DNA from: Raillietiella orientalis
Taxonomy: Eukaryota
Direction of reading: 5' to 3'
DNA length: 64,000 nucleotides
NCBI GenBank assembly: GCA_036172245.1
Contig: JAYWIR010000012.1
Location: 2,790,001-2,854,000 of the forward strand
In this document: positions 1 to 12,429 of the stretch, one piece after another
How positions within the stretch are numbered: the stretch's first letter is position 1
Layout of the letters: every line of letters begins with the position of its first letter
Notes under the pieces: model-generated
What the model was told of the DNA's origin: nothing
Database searches by the model: none
The model's input: the letters and a program-made list of their open reading frames with translations, nothing else
Program-made: the position numbers and the translations under genes

Positions 1-139
1 CGACCGATCCTGCTGCCGGCCTCCCTCTGCCGTTCCCGCTCCAGCCCACGCCATCCACCATCTCCGAATCGTCCGACACTGCTTGGTCGATTAGCTGCCC
101 GCACCCGAAGCCTGTGGGCCAACCAGCGTCGTCCTATTG

Positions 140-716
140 GGTTTAACACCTGGTTGCCCGGGTCGTTTTATATAGATGGACGTTTTATATATAAAAAGTA
201 AACATGGAGTTGCCCTTGGGGATCCGCAGGGACGCGGCGAACACAGGGACGTCCAACTGGGGAGGGATGGAGACTCCATACCCATGACGCACCCATTTCT
301 CGCATCAATCCTCAAATCCGCAACGCTTGGGAGCTCCCTGAGAGGAGTAGCGCGCTTCTTGCACTCTGGAACGACAACCCCCCGAGGGAGGTATCAACCA
401 GCTCCATGGCACGGCTCCCTTTTTGCAACTGGAAGGAAACCCCGAAGGGAGCCGGCTCCCCGATTCCTGGAAGAACCTTGGGGGGTCAGTTTCCAGCTTG
501 CAATCCCGGTCAATCAACGGGGCATACAGGGGTTGTTGGCTTCCACCAGTGCCGCCGCATGCGAAGCCAACCGAATCCAGACAGCGTCGTCCTGCGGGAG
601 AGGAATGGAAACCCACGACTCACTTCCAGTTAACGGTGTCCCGGGCCGGATTCGAACCCGCAACTCTCGCTGCCGCGCGCGGTTGCCGCCGACTCCGCGC
701 GGCTGCCAGAGCGAGC
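140..716 (-). mobile_element. Short, apparently complete tRNA-headed SINE-like element (tRNA-like head, hairpin body, LINE-type 3' terminus)
   Basis: The minus strand starts GCTCGCTCTGGCAGCC...GAGAGTTGCGGGTTCGAATCCGGCCCGGG (B-box GGTTCGAATCC). The body aligns by eye with 16739-17000 (shared ccccgttgattgacc, ttccaggaatc). It ends in ATAAAACGACCCGGGCAACCAGGTGTTAAACCC, the LINE family's 3' terminal motif. Confidence 0.75.
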
Positions 717-1911
717 CTGATATTCCGACTGAGCGCAGGCCAGCGAAGGACCTCTCCGCAGCAGAACCAGCCTGTTGTTCGGCCCTTGCTCCATCCCGTC
801 GCTGGGTCTCCCGCGCGCTCCAGGAAAGGTCCCCCCACCCCGCCCGCGCGCTCGTTTAGCAGGGGACGCTTCGGGTTTCCGATGCTCCGTCCTCGCTTTC
901 CGCTTGGCGCGCGCCGGAATTTATGATCCCGTTAATGCAATTCTCAAGATGGATCGCGACTCAGAAGAGCCCCCCCCCCCTCCAAGTTCATCCGAGATTT
1001 CTCGCTTCCTCCATCAATCCTATTCGTGGCATCCGAATTTCCTGCGCTTCGCTTGCAGCGGAGCGGCTGCGACGCGCGCGCGCGAGCGCGCTTGGGTTTC
1101 GCAACACCGTTACGGGATATTTATGGGAAGAAAAGGAGTGAATTGCGGCTGGAGCAGAGCATCCGAAAGACGTTTTCATTTCGGATAAAGGGGGAGTAAA
1201 AGAGGAAGAGGAGAAAAAAATTCTCTTTATGTCGTTTGGGAAGGGAGCGCCGAGGTGGTAGGGGAGGAGGCGAGGGAAGAGGCAGACGGGAATTCCTCCG
1301 ATCTCCGTGAATCCAGCCTCTTCCATCCGACGCAGGTCCCTTTACTGATGGTGGGAGCCGTGGCGGGAATGGCATTCCGCCACGTGCGGTGGTGGTCAGC
1401 CTCGATACCCTGGACCGAAAGGAGGGGGCGCGCAGCTGCCTATGTGGTCACCGTACCGTTGAAGAGCCCCCAGCGATTTTTTCGTGCAACTCTTCCTTCC
1501 CCGTCTCCGCGTTCCCCGCCACCTCCCGTCGAACGACCAAGCAAAAAGAAAAAAAAAGCCCTTGCCGTGCCAGAGCGGGGAGCTCGCTTGCCTTGGGAAG
1601 CAGCGCCCTGCCAGCAAGGTCGACTCCACCTCCAGGGGGGCTCACTTTTCAATTTGTGACCCCTGGGACGGAAAAATGGTGGGACCCAGGAATTTAGACG
1701 AAGCTCGCACTTTGCGAAAATCGAAAACGAATCGCACAAAGTCTCCGGGGAGGTCCCCGGAGGAAAAGGAGGAAGGGCTGGGCTCCCCCTCGAACGCTGC
1801 AACCCGCAAACGAGCACAAGGCGCTGCTACTGCTGCTCGCGGTCAGCACCACCACTCCGTTGTTGCGTGGCGCACGCGGGTGGCACGCGCGCAGCAGCAG
1901 GGTGACACTTG

Positions 1912-3300
1912 ATATACATCCGGGGTCGTTTTGATCCACTGCGAAGCCCGCGTTTGAAACACACGCAACGTGCTTGGGATGCTTCTCACGGATTCTCCTT
2001 ACTGGCAAATGTCTTCCGCGTTGCTCCACTGGTGGACTGGTCCGATCAGGGGGGAACGCGGGACAAGAAGAATTGTACGGAATGGGCAAGTGGACGCGGT
2101 TGGAGAATCCCACACCACGATGAAGGAGAAGTGGACAGAAGAAGAAGAATTCTACAGCACGAGGAAGTGGACAAAAACGACAAACCGAGCAAAAAAACAA
2201 ACAAACAAACGTCATGGACGATGCCCAACTGGATGTGGAGAAGCTTCTGGAAGGACGTAGAGCTCCTGAATGTCCGCACCAGCGTGAAGACCATGTTGTT
2301 GCCGGCCATTTCAGCCAATCAGATAAGGAAGGAGCCGTTTGCGCCCCAGTCGCCACCGTTCCTAGCGTCGATCTCGCGATTTCCATGCGAACCCGGTAAT
2401 TAACGGCTGCTTTTAACATCGGTCCAAGAGGTCTCCTCCCACAGCAAGTGCGGCTGTCGTGATTTTCGGGCGATCGCGCGGTGAAAAAAGGACTTTGATC
2501 GATTCCACCTGGAAGACGCTGCAAAGGATCGCCAGATAACACTGGGGAAGAGGGAAACGGGAGAGGGGGGGGGGAGGATGTTTTTCCAGGTTCCAATTTC
2601 CGTAAACGAATCCAGGATGAGAAATGCACGGATGCAAAGGCTCTTCTTATTGACGGCGAGAGATTCTGGATCATTCGTCGGGGAAGAGCCTGCCGCCATT
2701 TGATTCATCCATCACTCTGAGTTTTGGTTACCAGGGATGGTTCCCAACCGATTCCCGGAAGTGCACCGCAAAAAAGAAGAAGAAGCCATTAAAATGTTAT
2801 AAAAGGAAAAAAAAAAACGAATTACGAACACACTTTGTGCAACAAAAAGGTCGTGTGAAGCGGGTTCGCTGGAACGCGTCGCGCCGAGAAGTTCCCAGTC
2901 GTTTGCGCTCGCGTGCTCTCTCTTCGCGCCCGCAGCATCCGACGGCAGCCGCGACTTAATCCGCGGGAGAAACTGCTCCAGGAAAGCAGGGACAGCAGCA
3001 GCTTCGTGAGCGCGCAAATGAAGGAAAACGTAAGGTAGCGATAAAGCGCTCCCTGTCGCGCGTCTTCCGCCACCTCCAAAAATAAATGCAGCGCAGGAAA
3101 GTCCCCGACCTCGTATGAAAAAGGATGGATCGGGAATGCCCCGCAGGATCGAATCCTTGGGTGAAAGAAATTCGCAGGGCGCCGTGCCAGCAGGGCGCTC
3201 GATGGCGGCAATCACGCTGTAAGTGGAAACCTCTTGAAACGTGGCCGTTACTGGGCTGTCGCAAGAGCAGCGAGCGACCGACAGCTCCCTTGTCATCCGG
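1912..3300 (-). mobile_element. Highly decayed L1/Tx1-like LINE fragments (3' end plus possible RT N-terminal remnant)
   Basis: There is a terminal-like motif AAAACGACCCCGGAT near 1915-1932 on the minus strand. 2214-2400 resembles 32570-32720 (ctaggaacggtggc / ttaggtacggtggt). The peptide EVGDFPA...DARQGALYRYLT...TKLL weakly resembles ETGNVPA...DMRQLNKWRPIT...VKLF. Confidence 0.4.
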
Positions 3301-6300
3301 CTGCCATCGAACCAGATAATTTGAGCATCCTTCCTTCCTTTCCTCGGAAAGTAGTTATCTGCGTGCATGTGGATATTGCCGTGGAAAGATAAAAGCTTTG
3401 AAGAGCCTTTCCTCTCGTCAAAAGTTGCTTTTGAAAAGATAAACAGAACAAAGCGAGCCACGAGGATGAAGAATAGTAAAGGACACAGATAAAGAATATT
3501 AAATAAGTACGATAAAAGTTGCCCGGAAACTGTTACTGAAAGATTTGGTGGAGGCTTAGCTACTTGGAGCTCTTTTTCCGTGAGAGCCCCTTGGAGAAGG
3601 ATCAATATCGCTGGTTCCTTTCTAAGACAAGGCCATAATCGCCGTCCACAAATGCAATACCTCGCTTGCCTGTTTGATTGGCAGCCGATTTGGTGGCGCA
3701 GCAAAGCATTCACTAGCAGGAACCGGCGCCAGGGAAGGAAACACGCAAACTCTTGGTCACCCATTTTCAAACTTCAGCGTTCGGATACCAATACTCTGGA
3801 ACGAGATGGACTGCCACGATGTCTTGCACGAAAGCATTCTATCAATTCGATCCACAGTTTCGTTCTGCATCCAGTTTTGCTCTCGAGTCAAGCCCGCAAA
3901 CGACCCCAGGTCACCGCGATTTATTTTGTTCACAATTCCGAAAGATCGAACAATTTGGATTCGTTAGGGCAGAGTCCCATCGGAACTTGCAATGTGCAAC
4001 AAGTAGGCAATCCTGTTTAGAACTAAAAGGGGGATGAAGGAAAAAAATCCCTATGCAAGTTCACATGGTCCAAGACGATCGATAACAGCAACTAAGATCC
4101 AATAATTCTTTAGATATGATATTAAGAAACGAGGCACGTTTGAAATTTTCTTTCTCTCCCACTCTCTCAATGGCTTGAAATGATACACTCAAACATGAAA
4201 TTTACTGAGGATTTCTTCCGTCTTCATTACTATCACATTTCGTTCCCATTCCTTGCACTTCATCGGATGCATACGTCATGAGTGAAAAAAGACAATTTTT
4301 AACGAATTGAATTCTCTTTGGACTTTTGTGCCAGCTTCTAGTTCCTAAATTGCATGAAAAATCAACTAAAATGGGTTCTTTTGTTATGTGCAGGAAACCC
4401 ACAGATATAATTTGATGCAAATTTAATGCATGGCGGCAGATTAAAGATCGGCAGGGTTACCATCTACAAATCAAGGAAAATTTCAAAGTGCTGTAAACGA
4501 AAACACGATGCTTGTGAATAGCGAGTACAATGAAGCAAAATTGGAAGCATTAAGATGATGAGTGACATATCTAAGCTGATATCCTAGATGATATATCCGT
4601 AGTAGAAGAATCTTTAAAATAGATAGGGATATAAGCTATCTAGAATAAGCTCTTTTCTAAGTGAAAAATAATAAAGGAGCTTACTGGAAATCCAAAAGAA
4701 TCTCCGAGATGAAAACACTCGCCAAATGATTTCGAAATGTAGTTAGGCTTGGGAGTTTCCTTTTCATGATAACAGGAATCATGCATAGAAGAATTAGTAT
4801 TCAGATTTAGAATCCCCTTGATCTCTAACAAATGAAAACATCCTGGGAATTGAATTGAATCGAATCTTTTCGGTGCTTTATTAAATTTAAGAGGAAATCG
4901 CTCTGTTTTATTTTTCCCCAAAACGGTAGTGAACCAGGAAATTCACTAAAACAAAGCCTCGGTTTCTGGAACACGATTTGGAATTTCATTTTTACTATGA
5001 CTATAAGCGCATAATAAATCTTTGCACGAGTCCGTGTGCATTTGTATGTTAATCGATGATTTCAGAAATGAATGGAAGGAAACTTTTCATTACATGCAAT
5101 TCAACTGATAGTTTTGTTATGGCAAAACCCTTATGCAACTCTTATGTGTTTTCAGTCCATAATGGTGTTATGGGATACCAGAGTGAACAAGTCTGTCATT
5201 ATGACAAGCCAAATATATTCTCTTAAGAATTCAAGTTTCTTTTTTTTCTTTTAATAGAATTATGTTTAGAAATCTGTGAGAAATCTGAGTTTTTCGATGT
5301 ACCTTTTGCACATTTTATTATTTGTTTGAGACGAACACACAGTGTATGCAGGTCAAAATTAAGGTCATGCAATTTTACTGCAATGACAACAAAAGCTTGT
5401 CAGCTGCTTTTATCGGTAATTCGGATTTATAATAAAAAAAAATGAAATAATAGGCATATTGTACCAATATATGAGAATTTGCGATATTTTTTTCAGAGTA
5501 CTTATTTCCAATTATGATTTTAAAGTTGAAAGAAATAACGTGCCATTTGGGCCTCAAATAAAATATGGATTCACGGGAATATAAAACAAGATTCGTTGTG
5601 ATTACTCAGGAGATTTTTTCAGACTATCTGTGAGTTTAATGGAACTCATAATGGGAACTTATAGAAAGTGATCAGCATCGAATACGTAGTTTGTTGTGAA
5701 GACAGAAATGACCTCAGTAAGCAAGCCGAGTGACTGCTCGAATTTTCATTCATTACATTCATTACGTTATTGATTTTCTTTTTTTAAGATCTTTTTTTCC
5801 TGCAATTTGCTTATTCTTTATTTTTGTATGCCTTTTATGTCTGCATTGTGGATCGATCCATTGATTCGAGTTGTGGAGAACAGTTTATCTACTTGTAATA
5901 AGCGTTGTCCCACTGTGAACATAATTACATTTGTGGAAAATTTCGTGGTGCAGATTTTATACAATTTCATGGTGAGGAAACAGACATCAAACAAGCAAAC
6001 AATGCAATATATATATATATGTATATATATAAAAAATGCCTTCGTTTTCAATGTATATTATTTCTAGTGTTCTCTTTGTTGAAATTGTAAACAGACTATT
6101 TAGCTAATATGGTCTGAATACGGTTGTTAAATCGTTTATTATTATTACCATTATTTGCCTATGATGGTAATAAAAAAACAAGCTTGTTAGGCTGTAAGAT
6201 GGAATCATTACCTATTCCTCTTACAGTTTTGTGAACTGTGAATTTTAATGCTCTGTTGCAAAACTTGATTCCAGACATACTGTTGATAGAAAGCCACTGA

Positions 6301-7499
6301 TCAAATAGAGAGTTGAACTTGCATCGACTTCCATGGTCAATTTTCAAAGTCTTTACCAGGAGGGATACTGAGTTAATAAACTAATTTGCCTGTTTACAAA
6401 ATTATGTTTTCAACAGAGACAGCATAGCATGTTGTTGGCAGGCAGCACAGCTTAGACATAAGTGATGAGGGACAGTATGTGTGTGGATGTTGAAGAGATT
6501 TCAATTCATTGATGGTGAACAAAGTTATCAGTGTATTCATATGTTTCAGTTATAGCACCTAAAAGAAATGGTAACCTTAGTCATCCTATTTAGCTAGGAA
6601 GTACCTTCCAGTTAATGAATGCTTAAGCAAATCTTCATGGAGAAGACATTATGAAACTAATAGAATTACTGTTTCTTGAGTGACAAATATGCTTGAAGAT
6701 CCAAAAAATTCAAAAAAATGTATCAGTATAGGCTGGAATGAAAAGAAATCGCAATTTTAAATAAGAAACTTCTTATGATAATCTTTATTATCTTGGAATA
6801 ACAATGAAGATTAGCAAGAGAAGTTTCGACAAACATACTTGAGATTTGAATGAAAGACATAGAAAAACAAAAATGCTGGTTGTACAGCAGAATGAATATA
6901 TTTTTTACAAGAGACCATATCTTTTACATCTGTGCTTCAGTAGGTGCCTTAATTTGATATCAAGACAGCAAGCAAAGGATCTGAGTTGAAACATCCAAGT
7001 GATTGTGATCACTTGAGAACTTGTGATCACTACTAGTGCAACACAATATATCCCTTTGCATTGCTATTTTCTGATATATTTTCAGTAAAGTTGAAAGAAT
7101 TATATAATATGGGATAGGAATATCTCAATTACCACCATGGAGAAAGCAAATTTTGGTATGCACATGTTAAAAACAAGTATTGGGACTAATGCAAGAAATG
7201 ACATAGTACAGATGGGTTAATTTGGATTACCCCATCGGGTGGTAAAGCATATCTTGCATTTGTTGAACAAAGTTCCTATTGGTTGTTGACTGTAGTCATC
7301 TATCAAAGCAAAGAGGAATCACGGTTTACTTTTGCGCACAGTGAGAGCTCTTGATAACTGTGAGTTAATAACCATTTCCTCATTTCTGTGAGATAATCGT
7401 TTGTCGAAAATGGTAGTCTTTTCTAGAAACAAACAAACAAATCTGGGCGCCCACCACGTACGAACTTCCACCCATTTATAATTGAAATTTGTGCCTCAC

Positions 7500-10400
7500 T
7501 TTATTCCTTTGAAAAGTCCAAGAACTGAATACAGTTTAGCTCAATTCCTATGGCAAGCGACGACGACTTATGTGTCAGTTTCTTGCTCAAATTTTATGCA
7601 TCCAAGAATGAAAAAAAAGGGGGGGGGGAGGGTATAAACAAGTAAAATAATCTTCCGCCTCTTATAATCTCGCCATGATTTCATCCAATGTTTACTGTAC
7701 ACATTTAGGGAATAATGTATGTTCGGGTACAGCATTTCTTTTGTGGTATGCTTTGCCTCCTTCATGGGAATTTCCAATTCCTTGAACACTCCATCGTTTC
7801 TCGGTTCCCCAAGAACGTAGAGATTCTGCTGCGATTCCTCTTACGGTAGCAGAAGATTCTGGACAGGCGAAGTGCAGAGCCAGCTCTGGATACTTGCTCC
7901 TCCGTCTTGTCTCTTCCGAGGATGTTGCGAAATATCCACAGGCACGAGCGCAGTCGAGCGTGACCACTTTCCCTTGGTGCTAGAACACCCTCGATCTGGC
8001 TTTCTCGGAATAGTCTTGCGGGAGGCTACCAACTGCCAGTGTTTCAGGACGGCCTTCTTGATTTGGGTCATCTTGCCTTTCCGTAATCATCGTCCGATTG
8101 CTGGTGCATCTGCTGACGATGCGACCCGGCGATTCTTCCCATATTCCGCATCTTCTGCTCAGGTGATCAGTGTCGTCCCTGGTGACATATGTCCTCACTG
8201 GCTGGAGGTTCAGTCGCTCCGTCTACAATCTACAAACCGAAGTTGTTCTCCTTTGAACAGAAAATCTCCCGGAACTCCATGGCTTTTCCAGAGCAGGACA
8301 TGCTCTTCCCTTGATCGGGGTGGTTTGCAGTGAGGAACACCCATTCTGCCTTTCTCTTGTGAGCATGGGTTGTTGAATCTCTGAATGTGTATGTGTTTTC
8401 TTCTCTCGAACGTCCACTTCACGGTAATTCTTTCGGACGCTTGTTTGCCTATTGTCCATATGCCACTGAATGCTCCGGAATAACACTTCTAGGCTTGTTC
8501 CTCCTTCCGTTGATCGTTCCAAACATGGAATCTTCTAAACCCTCAACAGTTTGTGATGTCCGTAACCGTTTTTCCATTATCGAATGCTGCGTCCTCAGAG
8601 ATAAATCTCACACTGCCAGATCTGGAGAGGTCTGAAGTCAATAGCGAATTTATCGGTCTCATAGACGAGGCATTCATCAAAGTGTAGATATTTGTTGGAC
8701 GTTCCTTTTGGTATGTTAATGCATTTCTTTACAACTGCCTGCTGCTGCTGCTGCTGACGAATGTCCATTTCTGTCTTGAATGCTCTCAGCCTTTGGTAGA
8801 CAACCAGGAAAGCAGGAGATCTTCCCAGTAGATCTTCTTGGCATCGACGCCTTGATATGGGGACAATCCACAATCCACCATCGCTGCTTTTTTGAGCTTT
8901 TTGGTAAGCGTTGATGGTATTCGTAGTCCTTGTTGACGTCCAATATCCGGAATTCAGTTTTCTCTCTCTTGAAAGTGATTTCCCCACTTCTCTTGGGTTC
9001 TTGGCTCTGAAGTGCAATGATGCACACTTTGACGGATCGATCAGTAACTTTCTGCCCCAGATCATGGAGCAGATGAAGACCCTCGCAAACTTCATCCTCT
9101 GAGTCTTGTCAGCAACACCAGATCGTCTTCGAGTGGCCGGGATGGATTTCCTACAAAGGATCCCTCTGCCTTTCGTAGCATGGGTTCTGTGAAAGCGGTG
9201 AATGTCAGGGGGATGAATCTGTATGTTGTTGATAGGTTTGCGATTACCTCTTGAACAGATGTGTGTGTGTCCGTATGTAATGCGTAAACAGATGTTTTCG
9301 AAGATCTGTCCCGCTCCACTTTCTCCCAGGGACCCATGCAACAGCTGGTTACAAATGCACTTTCTAGGTCTATGGAACGCAATGCGCATGTTCTTTGAAG
9401 ATCCCCTGACCTAGTTTGCACAAGATTTCGTTCCAGGACTCCATCATACGAAGGAAATTCCTTCTGCTGCGGGGAAGATGACCTGGTCGTCGATGGGCCG
9501 TTATCTAAGTCCCGGGGGCTGAGAGGCGATAAATGCAATAGCCAGTTGTCATTGGTTTCCACCCGGCGATTTTTCCCGACGCCGAGGAGGATATGTGAAG
9601 TACCATGATCCCCGAGTGCTTCCAATGCATCTGCGTTCTCCCAAGCCTGAGGCACATGTTGGGTGGTAGGAAACCGTTCCTGAGAATGCTGCCCAAACTA
9701 TGTTTTCCAGTAGAACGAAAGGCTCACTTTCGTTCTTGGTAATGAAATTCCGGTTTGACCTTCGGCGGCATTTCCAACAGTGGTCACATATCTCGTGATG
9801 TGTTTCGGAGCTGCTGAAAACTGAACGTCAACCGATGAAACAAAGATTTGGACATTGCGACGAAGTGATTACTGAAAAAAATGGTCCAGCGGTAGGGATA
9901 GAATTTAAATGTAGGCGGGCAGAGCATTCATAAATCAAAGTGGATTAGAGAAAGAATGAGTTTCTTAGGCACTCTTGACCCCAACATTAGTTTAACGTTT
10001 ATCCCGGAAATGAAACTGTACGTGCATAGAGTCGGGCGGAGCCGCGACTGAGTGGTTGATCTTCAAGAGGGCGAAGGCAACTCCTAGTTCGGGTCTAATG
10101 TGCTCCAACAAGGTCAAATTTGTGGTGCTTTCGACCTGAAACCGCATATTAATTAGTCACCTGCTTGGCTGACAGTTTGAGCAATGTCAGAGCATTCAGA
10201 AATAACTACTCAAAGTCAGGGAGCTTGGCAGGAACGGCGCGAAACTGGGATGCGGGTGATATTTCCGAACTTTTTCTGAGAACCAGAACAAATTTACGAA
10301 GCGAATGGATGATCTGAGTTAGTAGCACTCCGAAGGAACCCCCTTCCAGAAAGTCGTCAGCAGTCGTACTAAGTCCTTTCAGAAGTCGGATTTACACTGC

Positions 10401-11400
10401 ACTAGAAAGGAGAATGGGGGGTCGTAGTAATCCCGGTCGGGTGAATCCGTCGCAATTCTACCGGGGTCCATTTAGCAGCGTTCGCCTATGCAAACAGGGA
10501 CACTTTCCCGATAGCACTCCCTGTTCAAACAAGGGAGGCAGCCGAGAAGCGTTCCAAAGAATTCGCGATTGTAAAATCCGAAGTATGGTGGAAAGCATAC
10601 TGAGTGTCACAGATGTGCGCTGAGGACATCAACAGATGATTACAGTTTTCCTGTGATCATCTGTCGATATGCTCAGCGTGCAAGTTCTGCAAGAGTATTG
10701 ATACACAGCAGCACAGTGACGAATGCTTAGATGGCTGGCACTGCAAAATTTCATGCAAAGAGCTAAATTCTGAATCCCAGAACGCAGTGAACTGTAGGGG
10801 TGGGGCTTTCGAATTTGCATTCTGAGAATTCAGATGAAAAAGAATGGGATGATGGGATCAGTTGCTGCATTGTAATGATGAAACTATTCTGTACCATCTA
10901 CTCTTCCGACTTTGAAACGTTCAAGGGATCCCATTTCTCTGTGGAACGATTTGGTTGGATTCACTTGAAGATGCAGGGACGATGGGTTCGTGGAGGAAAA
11001 CTCGAAGACGATGGATGCGAGGTTGCTGCGCTGTTGAGGAGTAGAATCCAGTCAAACGCACCTCGTGGAAGTGATCCAACTGTCGAAAAAGTGTCGCAAC
11101 ATGCCCTGTGGTGCATTTCTGCAACCACTTATTTCTTCTTGTGTGGAATATGGGCAGAAGGACAAGCCGATGCTTACGATTTTGTGACTACGAGAGACGC
11201 TCACAAAGCTCACATGTTCCTGAAAAGATCGATGACATGGCATGAAGAGGCATCGGAGATGGGCTTCATTCAGGGGATTCAGGACTCCATGAGACTTCGC
11301 GAACACGGAAGATGCTGATGCCATCACACGCTCGGTCAACACTGTCTCTAAAGTTTACCCTTCCGGAAGTTTGCATCTATTCATGCTTGCTCGTCTCAGA
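7500..11400 (-). mobile_element. Decayed near-full-length RLE-type non-LTR retrotransposon (R2/NeSL/Utopia-like)
   Basis: Motifs are collinear on the minus strand across frameshifts. N-terminal Zn-finger remnants: CLFMPCHRSF; CMKFCSASHLSIRH...YSCRTC. RT: WKPMTTGYCIYRL, SIDLESAF, EDDLVLL, LLIDPSKC, NKYL. Degenerate CCHC knuckle plus RHD-like motif: RRCGIWEESPGRIVSRC...ITERQDD. RLE: KPD...VVTLDC...RRSKYPEL...TVRGIA..SLRSW. Confidence 0.8.
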
Positions 11401-11590
11401 TTATCAACAGGAAAAAAGAAAACAGCAAAAAAGAAAAATCCGGAGATTCTTTCATTCATTCTTCCCCATCTTATAAACACAGTGCCCTCCCCTTCTTGGA
11501 AAAAAAAAAAAAGAAGAGGTCCCTGCTGGGTTGATGGTTGGAGATCGCAGTTGCACGCAATCAGATCAGCGGATTGGGCGCAGCATCCCG

Positions 11591-12427
11591 AACCCCGAGA
11601 TTCGGAAAAATCATAAAAAATGAATATGTATCTTTATTATGTATAGATAAATATACAAATTTTTTGCAACATACACGTTTATTAAGATTTATCAGCATAC
11701 ATATCATTAATAATAACATTATGTCAACATATGTATTGATTAATTCTTATTAATGTACATGCTATTGATGTAATTAATAGTGTGCATTGAGATATTTTAT
11801 TAATACATATAAAGATTTTTTTTTAAGTGGCTGCTTGCTATATATAATAAATATGCATTAAATGGATACACAAGTATCGAATTATAAACTTACATATCTA
11901 CCAAACCATCAAAGTCCCGAAAATTCGTCATTTCCTGAGGAAGTTGCGTTTATCGAGTGTTGGAGTAGGAAAAGGAAATACCAAATTCCTTTTTTGCCTT
12001 TTTAAAGGTGGTTTTTTTTTCCATTACTTTAAATTATCACCATTATTTTTTTATTTATTATAATTCGATATTTACAAAATTCATTAAATATATATTTACT
12101 TTACATGTAAATATATATTAATATACAAAACAAACATATATTTATTTTTGTGATCTTTGATATTTACATTAATATATTAATACATATTAATTACACCACC
12201 AATATGTACGTTAATAAATATTAATCAGCATTTATATCAAAATAAATCTGTGCATTAATCTGTATGTAAATATATATGTCTTAATGAATGTAGTAAGCAT
12301 ATATATTTATTTTGAAATCTCTATAAATATAAATCTATATTTTATGCATACAATAAACGTATTATTAATCATATGAATATAAATAATGGGCATGTATATT
12401 TATTTTTTAATAATCCTTCGGGGTTTT
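11591..12427. mobile_element. AT-rich foldback / MITE-like element with long imperfect terminal inverted repeats
   Basis: The ends are AACCCCGA...TCGGGGTT. The arm at ~11591-11880 is an imperfect reverse complement of ~12100-12427 (e.g. gattaattcttattaatgtacat...gtaattaata vs revcomp gattaatatttattaacgtacat...gtaattaata). It is non-coding and extremely AT-rich. Confidence 0.7.
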
Positions 12428-12429
12428 GA

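Noticed and set aside
140..152. GGTTTAA resembling the start of nematode SL1
   Set aside because: Only 7 nt match, and it is part of the LINE/SINE terminal motif.
1694..3770. Long ORFs of 326 and 352 aa in the ORF track
   Set aside because: They cross homopolymer tracts and TE debris with no coherent domain, so they are most likely chance ORFs in GC-rich sequence.
5060..7370. Possible plus-strand pseudogene with an Ig-like DEGQYVC motif (~6464-6484) and splice-like signals
   Set aside because: Every frame has stops and no coherent protein could be assembled.
7515..7540. U2-like downstream target at the RLE element's 3' flank (ctgtattcagttctt on the minus strand)
   Set aside because: The match to U2 GTATCTGTTCTT is too short and gapped to support.
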